From contig JALAIB010000014.1 of NCBI GenBank assembly GCA_023645945.1, positions 1 through 49,993 on the forward strand: DNA of 49,993 nucleotides, written 5' to 3'. The notes beneath the pieces are model-generated. The model was not told the DNA's origin and did not search any database. It saw only the letters and a list, made by a program, of their open reading frames with translations. Every line of letters begins with the position of its first letter. Position 1 is the first letter of the stretch. This DNA comes from Diploschistes diacapsis (Eukaryota). Position numbers and translations under genes: made by a program. Below, piece after piece: positions 23,481 through 34,128 of this stretch.

Positions 23481-25606
23481 ATGGCTTCTTCGGATGGACA
23501 AGACGCAGGGAACCGGCGCCTGCTCCCGAACCTTGTAGACGAGATAGCATCCAGGAAGCCAGACTTGGTCTGGGCGGAATATCCAAAGTCTCTATCAACC
23601 TACGCTGAAGGCTTCCTTGCCGTCACTTATCATCAGTTCGCTAACGCCGTCAACGGCACGGCATGGTGGTTGCGGCATACTTTCGGCACGCCAAATGACT
23701 TTCCTACGCTCGCATACGTTGGGCCAAATGACGTCCGATATCAATTGCTGCTAATTGGTGCCATCAAGGCTGGTTTCAAGGTGGGAATATCGCGCTTGAA
23801 TTGGCTTCAAACTTGTAAGATGAACTCATTTGCAATCAGATGTTCTTCACTTCACCCCGGAACAGCATCGAAGCACACACAAGCTTGTTCAAGTCATCCA
23901 AATGCGATATTATGCTCACTACAGACCCGCAACCTCCCCCTGTTACGGCTCTTCTTTCTTCTTACAAGATGGAAACGTTTGTTGTTCCCTCTCTCAATGT
24001 ACTATTGGGCACAGAGCATCAAGCATTTCCTTACAACAAGACTTACGAGCAGTCACATGGTGATCCAATCTACCTCCTTCACACATCTGGCTCAACAGGT
24101 AAGCAGGCCTTTGGATTAGAGGCCTTGCATCTGCAGGGGCTCAGGCTTGGACTTAGGAATTCCTAAACCCCTTACTTATACCCATGATTGGGTATCCTAC
24201 TCCGCCGATGTCAGTCAACTCCAGCCTCCCGAGGGCTTCGAAACATTCAACTCTTCCTGGCACAACACCCGGATCATATCCTTTCTCCCGCCCTTTCACG
24301 TTCGTTCTTCCCCTAAACCGTTGTGTCATATCTGATCATCTCCAAGATCGCTGGCTTATACTTTAATGTCATCAACGCGATCTTCAACAACACCACGATC
24401 ATTCTTCCGCTACCCTCCGGCATACCCACGGCAGACGGTCTCGCGGATGCTTTGAATTACGTCAAAGCAGGTTCTGCTTTCTTGTCTCCCGCAACTATCG
24501 AAGACATCAGCAAGAACCCTACGCTCCTCAATCAGGTCTCATCGAAGCTCGAGCTTCTTTATTGGTCTGGTGGCAATCTGCCGCAGTCAGCCGGAGATAT
24601 TATAGCCTCCAGAATGCATCTCTACTCGTGCTATGGAAGCTCCGAATACGGTGCCTGGCCTGAATTAAGAACAAAAGGCGAGTGGCCGCAGAAAGACTGG
24701 AATTGTTTCAGGCTTCACCCGGCCATTGGCGCAAAATTCAGGCATCGCGGGACTGATTTGTTTGAATTGGTCATAACTAGGGGACGCGACAATGAGAGAC
24801 TACTCCCACCATTTCTTCATTTCCCAGAGCTCCGCGCATATCCAACGAATGATTTATTCACGCCACATCCAACGAAACCGGATTTTTGGTACTATCGAGG
24901 CCGGAACGACGACATCATCGTTTTCCTAAACGGCGAGAAGACAAATCCGATATCTTTCGAAGGTCATGTTGGAAGCCACCCGGAGGTTTCGGCTGCTCTT
25001 ATGGTTGGCTCGCAGCGCATGGAAGCCGCTTTACTCGTCGAGCTCGCTGGTGGCGTAAGCCAGCTTAGTGCGAAACAGCGAGCGCAAATCCTGGACAGGA
25101 TATGGCCCACGATCCAAAAGGCCAACCAGTCTTGCCCGGCTCATGCAAGGATCGACAGGACCCACATCCTGTTCGCAGACATTCCTTTTCTTCGAGCCGC
25201 CAAAGGCACTGTTCAGAGGAAGCCAACACTCCAAATTTATGCTCCAAAAATCGATGCCCTGTATGCCGATGCTGAAAAGACCGGTCCCGACCACGCAGCT
25301 TCGACAAAGAACGTGAGCGTTGGCGACGAAGGTACCAATGTTCAAGTCATCACCAATTTAATCAGAGACATGTGCAAGGTTTCGGACATTACAAGCTCCA
25401 CAGATCTATTTTCGCTAGGCCTGGACTCGGTTCATGTTCTGGAGCTTACGCGGAAACTCAGAGAAGCTTTCACTTGTCACGTGTCACCGGCAGCAATTTA
25501 CTTGAACCCAACGCCGAGTGGACTGGAAGCCGCCATTCGGCGAAGCACCGCGCAAGCAGCCGAGTCGGGCCGTGAAGCAAGAAGAGCATCGCATATAAGG
25601 CCTTGA
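23481..25606 (+). CDS. NRPS-like enzyme, adenylation plus thiolation domains only; C-terminal reductase absent (probably truncated)
   Basis: TYHQFANAVN, spliced YLLHTSGSTG|IPKP (A3), YGSSE (A5), YPTNDLF, YRGRNDDIIVFLNGEKTNP (A8), KGTVQR (A10), DLFSLGLDSV phosphopantetheine site. Stop about 55 aa after the Ser; three GT-AG introns. Confidence 0.88.
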
Positions 25607-26599
25607 AGCTCCGTATTTATAACACAGACAGACAGGATCGATCGTGGTGGTATACGCTTTGGCAAGAGCTTGAGCACCAACTCCGCTGGGGAGGACGTAG
25701 ACTACACTAAGCGGCCTTTGTCTATCGGACACTCGGCGGTTCCTGACCCTAGTAACCGCACACACGATACAACAGCAAAATTACAATAACAAATATTTGA
25801 AGTGAAGTAACTCCAAAACTGATTAATTTGAAGCACTGTACATCACCAATCGACGAAGACCTTATTTCAAGTTATTTTTAAACCCTTAATTTACGCGCAA
25901 GGAAGAGGAGAAAGAAAGATGCATGAATCGGATTGACGATTCGTTTCCTGGATTAATTCTGCCAAAATATTATTTTAAAAAAAATAATCACGTTGATGGC
26001 ACAAAAGCTTGAAAGCAAAATCCGGTGTGAGAAGTAAGTTGTTGATGACTACCACAATCTCCCCCCTTCCTAGCAATGCTTAATGCCCCCCCATAAGCAG
26101 CTAGCTAGTATGCCATCTTTCAAAACAAACAGTTGCTCCCCAAACATTCTCTGCCAGACATTCGGTCTGGAAGCAAAAAAGCGCTTCGACAACAGTCCAA
26201 AAAACTGCCCGACTTGCAAAAGGCGATTCCGACTCCCTGCATCGAGACCAAAACCCTTTCCCTAGTCCCCCATCGTACTTGTCCAAACATCCCCCTAGAA
26301 TCTGCTCTCTCGGTGCCTGCGCTCGTGCTCGGCGACGACGACGTCGCCTGCGTGGCGTAGCAGCAGCAGCTCCTTTTGCCGAGAAAATCCCACATGTCCT
26401 CCTCGGGTGGCATCGTGCCCGGTCCCAGCGTACAAGATACTCGGGTTATTGGCTATTCGATAATACGAGGGCCCATTGCTAGTGATGGATTTATTGGTGG
26501 ATTTTATAACGGTATCAACTTTCTTTTCGCGGATATTATATTATAATAACAACACACGAACACGGGATATTGTAATAGGAAGTTTCTCGATACGAGAAT

Positions 26600-29060
26600 A
26601 TTATCCCTGGGACATATACGTCTTTATCGACAATTCTTGAAGGCTTTATTAAGATTGAAGCATCTCTTCAAAGAGATGTTTTGAGTCTGGTAGCCGATGG
26701 CTGTACTGGGAAGAGCAAGTCCCCCGGGCCTGACTGTTGCTGACCCGCCAGACAGAGACAGGAAGATAATGCCCAGTTATATATGTCATATGTTTATCAA
26801 TCAATATAGTGCGGCGAGTCTTGAAGATACTGTCAGTCTTGGGAAGTCCAACATGGGGGACTCGGGCTTGCCCGGTTACTTGGCGGTTTTGCCGCGTAAA
26901 TGTCGGTAATTTCGTCGTAAATACCAGTGAAGTGCATCAGCCGTTCTCCGGCTTCAGAGTATGGTGCTATGTCCCGTACAGTTCGCACAGGAGGGTTCGC
27001 TCAAGTCCGGCTCCCTTTTACCTTTCCTAGGGAAGGCTCCCATGTTCCATTCTAACGTCGCTGCTGCTGGATTCTGTCCCGCAGATGATGCACGTACCCA
27101 TCCAGTGCTCTCTTATCCAAGGTCGCCTTGAACCTTTCCGTTGTTTTATTTGTACATCCTGTATATACCCATCCCGGTGCTCACTCATCCAAAGTCACCT
27201 TGGACCCCTCCATGGCCCTTTTGCCCTCATCGGCAAGTTCTCCTAGAAGGTTCATGTCCCTCGGGCGCTTCATACAACGTACCTTGATTTCCCAGATAAT
27301 AACGGTGTTCATGGTCGCCCTACCTGCGTGCTAGCTAACAGGGTCTCCCGATGGTCTCCCAGCTCTTGTTCAGCTCGACTTTGCAGACGTAGTGAAACTC
27401 CCTAGCTTGCCCAGTAGCAGGGGTGACAGAAAACCGAGAGAGGGGTTAATTAACTGCGGTGCTGATGGTTCAAGACCCTCTCCGGATCAGATATAATCAA
27501 TAGTTGGCTAGGTCACCGCTGGCGCCCAATACATGATATCTGGGTCTTCGTCGTACGCGATCGTGCCCGCTCGAAACTTGGGTGGGAGAAGTCTCCAGTT
27601 CACAGCTATGAGGAGATAAATCTCGTCGTGCTTTAGTAGGGTCGGGAGCATGCTAACGGGCAGTTCCGCAGCCGCGAAGTGGCAGTCTCTTCGTGCTTCA
27701 ATATGGTCGTGAGCACGCCAATGAGTGGTTCAACTTCTATGTGATCTCTGGCACGTTGTCCCAGTTCTGCCAGGATGTCTACACCCCATATATCTGGAGC
27801 CTGGATATAAGGACTCGGTGCCTCCTCTGTCGCTTATATACGAAATGATAAACTCATGAATCCAAGGAACATATAGAGTGCCGTAATCGATGCCTTTGTA
27901 TACCCACGTTATGGACATTTTCATAGACTCGCATTATGGCCATTCCCATAGGCTCGCGTATCAGCTACCGAATCGAGGGTCGCTGCTTTTAAACGCCCAA
28001 GCAGCAGGCTTAGTCCAGTATGCGACGGCCCCTATTGCAGAGATCCAGCTCATGCTACCGGATCAGAGAAAGCGTTCGTCTTGGTATCCGAGCTCATTAT
28101 ATATCGGCTGGTATATCGGATGAATTTGATGTTGCACACTTTCCACGTTCGATAGGAAATCGTGTTCAAGGTGGCTGCCAAAGTAGTTATCCTGTGCAAT
28201 AAGCCACGAGAGTGCAGCAAAAATGAACAGTAGCTTGATTCGGCTCAGAACACTCTTCAATAAAGTGGCCTTCAACCGTCTTTATAAATTAACGACACTA
28301 TTGTGCAGATATTAAGAATACTTTTCGTTCTCTGATACGACCGGTGTGTTGATAGCATCCAAGTGCACAAGTATCGACAGCGTCGTAGTGTATATTTTTA
28401 ATAATGTCGTTCCCACTATATCTGCACAGCCGTATACCTATTAAGAGAGCTCCTTTCCTCGTTTCAAGGGAATGGTGAGACCACGGGGCCGATCTTCGAA
28501 GAGCTAAAATCAGTAGTAGCCTTCTGTGGCTTAAGAATCGAGTCCAAATCATATATATGCATATATAAAGAAAGATGTGTGCGTGGTATTTCTAATGAGA
28601 AATAAGTCCCTATACTTGAGACATCGTGGATACTGGTTTAGTACCTACATTTCCTTAACTTAATGATAAAGGACGATAGAGTTTAATCAGAATAATACCT
28701 TAGCAGTCTTTCCTTTAGTTTGTTAATATTTTATTGCCTTTTGCTTCTTGAATCGAGAGTCTTCAGTTACATTAATTAACTGCTTTTGTACACTCACTTA
28801 AGAATGACCCGATGTATCTGCAGGGTCAATCCGCTGCAAGGCTCCAAGACATTGCTTGCAAAGAAGCAAAACTGAAGGAAATATACCTATTTCTCGAGCT
28901 TCAATGAGTCGACTGTTTTTTGAGTAGTCTCTCTACTCATCAATTACAACTTGAAGAGGCGGACGAGCGCAATTTGTAGCTAGCTATTCTAGACTAGCTC
29001 TCGCCACATCAAATTGTCCAAGAGACAGAACTTCTTCATCAACAATCCTGTGCTATCATA
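26600..29060 (-). pseudogene. Long orphan gene relic with many TAA/TAG stops
   Basis: One frame stays readable over about 28500-27960 (LFEDRPRGLTIPLKRGKELS**VYGC...YS*YLHNSVVNL*RRLKATLLKSVLSRIKLL...) and over about 29050-28780. Family unknown; ends approximate. Confidence 0.45.
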
Positions 29061-29304
29061 CCTGTGTGCTACATTTTTTGAGTATATGAAGTTAGGCCTT
29101 TTCGGCTACTACTATCACATTTACATCAAATTCGAGAAACTATTTGTAGTATAGTAGCAATATAGTAGGTGAAAGCAAGTGGCAAGGAAACAACTACTAG
29201 AGGTCAGGTTATCATGGCAGCAAAGGTACGTTCAAGCTGTAAGCTCCTTGTGTTTTTCGCCTGGGCCTGATGTCGATAGTAAATGGCCCAAAATAGTTAT
29301 CTTT

Positions 29305-30941
29305 CTAGAATCCTCCTTTCACATCCTGATCCTTGGCTCTGTTACGTTTATTTCAGTCATCCTCTATGGTACTGCTTCGTTTCCCTTATAACTCTTGATC
29401 AGAGCTGCGCGATACCCTTCCAACATTGATGCTTCAAAGCCTAACTTGGTGACCTCAAATGACCAGTTCGTTGATCACCACCCAAGAAATCTATCAAAAG
29501 ATCCACAAGCTTGATATCAATGTTGACTGTCCATAGAAGGTGACGATTTAGCTCCTGCGCGCACAGCTCGCGAGGCATGCTCTTTGCAAGGATCGCTTGG
29601 GTGACCGCGAGCGCCCAACCCACGATGTCTGGGGTTTCCACCGAATTTGGTTCATCCGCAACGTACTGGAACCCAAAATTCGCTAACCTAGCTTAAGGCG
29701 GCTTAAGGCTCAGGATAACCATGTTTTGTAGGCATACCTGGCCATGCACGTAACTGTGGCTACCGAGGACATCCACTGCCACAAGAATCTGTCGGAAGAG
29801 CCCCAAGCGATGTTTGTATGGCAACTCCCTGAAGTTTTGCTCTTCGAAGGTGCATACGTAACTAGGCTTCACGATGCACATACTTTCGACGCTCGTAAGG
29901 CAGTCCTGCCTTAAGTGAGTACAGAAGTAGTCTATTGTATGGAACAAACTACGAGAATGTTGAAGCTGACTTACCGTTAGCATACAAACGACCTTTTTAA
30001 TATGATCAAGTAACTTACAGCTATACCGTGCTCTTTGATCTGAATCCCAAAGCCGTGGTTCCACGGTCGTACCGCCTCCTTGCGTTGGTTCTCGGATCGG
30101 ATGCCATCTTCGTCACAGCGACTGGTTCTCCCGTCAGGTTATGAATCCTTTGGTGGATTTCCGTCTTATCCGGTATTCCGGTGGTGTCGTTAAAGATTAT
30201 CTCTCGCATCTTAGGAGCTCGAGGATATATGCATGGACTGTGCAGGTGTGGAGTGGCCAAGGTATGCAGATACTACTTGCGAGATTGAAGGTACCAATCT
30301 AGTTGTGCCTCGTTCATTTTGAAGACAAGTTGATATTCCAATTTATGATTCGGACGTATCACGCTTTTTTGAAGCAAGACTACCCCGTCGCCTTTTTCTA
30401 GTTTTCTATTATCGCCATCAATGAGACATTCAACAGGAATGCGGTTGCTCTTCGCTGTAAGCATAAGTACTCCGGACGTGGGATTGAAGTGTACAGAACA
30501 AGCGATAGCATCTTCGTCATCCTCGCCAGATGGAATGGTGCCCAAGAGAAAACTGATCTTCTTGTATACACAGCCGTATTGTGACGCAAAACCTATTTGC
30601 CATCCATCCACCTGGGACGGCAATGAACACCCGAAGTCGAGTTGAAAACATCGACTGTGTTTATGAGAAGCTCCCTCTAGCTGGAGTTGTCCTTCATACT
30701 TTGGAAGAGTCTGTGCATCGATCGGATCGCTTTGGGTCTTGACGTTATCAAAATACTGATATAAATGGTCCCTGAAGGCAGTTGACGAGCTCACCGTCTC
30801 AACTACTTCTTCGAACAGCCTTTTAGCATCGTCATTATATGGTCGTAACTGGGCGAATTTCGATGGGCTTGGGTCAGCATTATGGTCCGAGATACTGGTT
30901 GAGCCAGACTCTTTACTTATGGTGGACGATAGAGCCGCCAT
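29305..30941 (-). pseudogene. FHA-like plus pseudokinase protein, paralogue 1 (stop-disrupted)
   Basis: FAQLRPYN, FQLDF, GWQIGF, VHFNPTSGVLML, TGEPVAV; kinase-like LFRQILVAVDVLGSHSYVHGQVCLQNMVI, ARLANFG, ALKHQCW. In-frame stops at 30273, 29693, 29441 and about 29389. Confidence 0.7.
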
Positions 30942-31049
30942 TTTCTTCTAATAATAACTGTAATAGTATCATCGGATGAAAAATGCAGAGTAAATGATTG
31001 CTTTAAGTACGAAAAATACGTCTATCCAAAGTGTTCACGGGTTAGAATT

Positions 31050-32388
31050 AGTACTAAGCTGACTGTGAATTGGCCTTTCGTGTATGAAGGTCTTCTTGTG
31101 CTAGATAATGAGACTAGTTGATAGAGGCTCTACCATATTCCCTCTCCAAAATCTTTCAATCGTTTCTTCAGTTTCTAATAACGCGGGTGCTAGCTCTTCC
31201 AGACTGAGCAGTGGTATAAACCCTCTGATCTGCATTTCAGGAGCATGGCTTACATGCTCGGAGTGCCAAATAACTTCCCTGAACTAGGTATATCAACTTA
31301 CCAGACGCTTCCAAACACGAAAATGCGAGGTCAAGCCTCTGTCATCGACCAGCAGAATTCTACAAAGCATGTTTCACAGCCAAAGAAGCGCCCTGGTAAG
31401 TTCAGCTGGATTCCAATTCCTTGAGTTGATCTGAAGTTTGGTAGCATTAGGGATGGATAATAGCACAGTTGAAGAGCTCCATCCACACAAGCGCCGGAAG
31501 GTACGGGGACCAAAGCGATACGTGACGGTTTCAATGAAGCTGGCAATGTACGAAGCTATTTCAGGCGTAAATTACAGCCTAAGAGTTTGATGAAAAAAAT
31601 TGAAACCTGGGGGCAGTGGAATCCACCAAGCAACTCAATATGAAGGCCCTTTTTCGATAATCAAGACTCTCCCAAGCGTGACCAATCACGTCGTTGTTAT
31701 CAGCCCTCAATCCCACCACCAGCGGTTCCTGCCAGCACTCGGTCACAGGAACGTGAACAGAGAGAATCGGAGAGGGAATATGCGGCAAAAATGATTGAGA
31801 GGATGGCTGTGGCTACCCCCGGACCCGGCCCCGTGGAACTGCATGGTTTTTATCCGCTCAAGCCCCAAAATCCTCTCAAAGAAGAAATAGTTCTGCAACA
31901 ACCGATCCCAACATAGCCCATAGCGAAGCGATTGATAGACTGCTCATGATCGATATCTGGGGTAAACCCGAGGCTGGCTGGTCGTCGTAAGTTCGCGGAG
32001 ACAATTATGCATAGTTTTGACTGCTAATATATATAGATCGTCCGAGATAGGTTTTGTTAAGCAGCTCTTGTTCGTAAATAAGCAATATCTACAGACTGCA
32101 ACTGATCCGAACTACTATATGAACGGGAAACGGTCGGAATACAAGGGTCTCGGGAGGGCTAGACCGTGCGTCAAGCGTTATGAACGAAGGCTCAAAGAGC
32201 TCTGCAAGGTTGAAACCGCCTGTAAGTTTCAGAAGGCAAGTGAGGAGTTGCTGGGCTTTGGACTCTGAAGACTCGAGGCTGTTGTGATCTCTGCAAGAGA
32301 TGTATGACTTAGCATCTTGAATGACTTGCGTGATCTACAAACAATATGCAGCTTTGGGCCTTGCAATACGGCTGGCTTGCTCTGACAT
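31050..32388 (-). pseudogene. Orphan gene relic (about 440 aa), family not recognised
   Basis: From ATG 32388 (MSEQASRIARPKAAYCL*ITQVIQDAK...) a frame can be followed through scattered TAG/TAA/TGA stops and about two frameshifts to ...RILLVDDRGLTSHFRVWKRL. Confidence 0.45.
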
Positions 32389-32899
32389 GGAGCTTTATTT
32401 ACGGAACTAGTACTCGCATAACGTGCGGAATCTTCGATTTCCTCCATCAATCTATCGGCCTACGACTTGAATTCCTTTATCGAATACTCCACTACAGATT
32501 ATTGCAGCACTGTTGATCGCTGCTAAGGGATAAAGAATAAAAAACCAATTTGAGCACACACCCTAAGGTTCATGCCTTCCATTGGGCTATCTTCTCAATC
32601 GAGACTCTAGTTGCTATCATCTACATTAAGGACCAAAAACATGGAAATATCCATACGCAATTGAGCACAAACGAATCTCTCGAGGTAGACACTCCAATTT
32701 ACCTCTTGCTCTCGATAGAGACTCTGAATTCATGCGTTTGCTGCAAATTCTCAGACATTGCATTCACCACATACAACCAAGCGCAAGTCAAACATCAAAC
32801 CACAATCCGGCCACAAAGCTTTTCTCAACATACGGTACGAGACTAGGACCGAGCGGTCTTGCTATGACAACAAGAACAGGTTACAAGGATTTTAAAATC

Positions 32900-33620
32900 T
32901 GGCTAGGCAATCGAGAACATTCGGGAAGTCTCTTGAGAACGATTGCTCTCCGTTGAGCTTTGTTAGGATTGGGGCCTATTATGCCCGCCTCGACTCTGCA
33001 ATTTCTATACGCAACAGATGCTCCAGAGGGAGTTTGCAATCAAACAGCTAGAATTAGCCATGGTTGTGCAGTTGCTCTCAAGATGCAGTGGCATGTTTCA
33101 TGTGATTGTTCCCTTGGATCTAGTCGTACGAGAAAGCCGAGCAGGTAGGGAATTTTCCCAACCACGGATATCTCTCCCGTACGGGTAATTATCCACGGTA
33201 AGGTGTTCATCGAGCCAACCACAAGCAGATACTGATACCCTGTGCGGAAAGGAAGCCAGCGTAAGCCAGAAATCTTCTGTACGTCGATCGTGGAGTAATA
33301 GTGTCGATCGCTCTGGCAGGCCACACAGCGCCAGCAACTCCTTCTCTTTGATGGGATCTAGAACGTTCTCTCCGATACCGAGGTTTATTGGGGAGCATGC
33401 ATCAGATACCGACTTCGTTTCAAGGCGGGTGGCAAGATCGGTGCGTAGTATGGCGAGACAAATGAAACGGGCAGTTTCTGCCCAGCCGTCTTTTAAATGG
33501 GGATGTCGACTTGCTGCGACATATTTGGTGTAGTAAAGCACGGGAGCGTTTGTTTGGAGTTTCGCTGCTGCTGCTCGGAGAGAACGGCTGTGGACGATAG
33601 GGGTGGGTGTTCTTCTCCAT
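32900..33620 (-). pseudogene. Orphan gene relic, family not recognised
   Basis: MEKNTHPYRPQPFSPSSSSETPNKRS joins, via a frameshift near 33545, to the 147-aa ORF 33098-33541. The 3' end is uncertain. Confidence 0.4.
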
Positions 33621-34128
33621 CGTAGCCGCTCTTTTTCATCGCTACGTATTTTAAGTATTAAGAGTAGTCGAAGGTGATTTAGGGAGATTACTATAGAGGA
33701 GGTTCTCTCCGAAGAAAAAGTCCCAGTGTTCTTCCGACCTGCTAAAGTGTCTGCAACTCAAATTGTACTACACTTTGCTGTCACCTAGCTAAACGAGATG
33801 AAAGGAAAGCGAGTGACTGGATGGAGATCTACTTCTGTTTTGATGTAGGGCTTTCGCACTATCCGATTGACGTTTGCAAACCTTCGATCTGATCTGTTCG
33901 TTCATCGATCCCGAGTCCCTTCTATACTTTCAAGTATCTGCAGGATGACATGTTTTTTTAAATCGACTGAAATTTGTGAAGCGCCAAAGCGTCTATCCAT
34001 CGTAGAAAGCCTATTCCGTCCCTGCTATTGCCATCTTGTGTTGGCGATTTTTGAATCTGTAAATAATGGCCAAATTTTGACGAACTCCAGACAGTTATTT
34101 CAGGTTCTCCTATTAGCGCTCTATAGCT

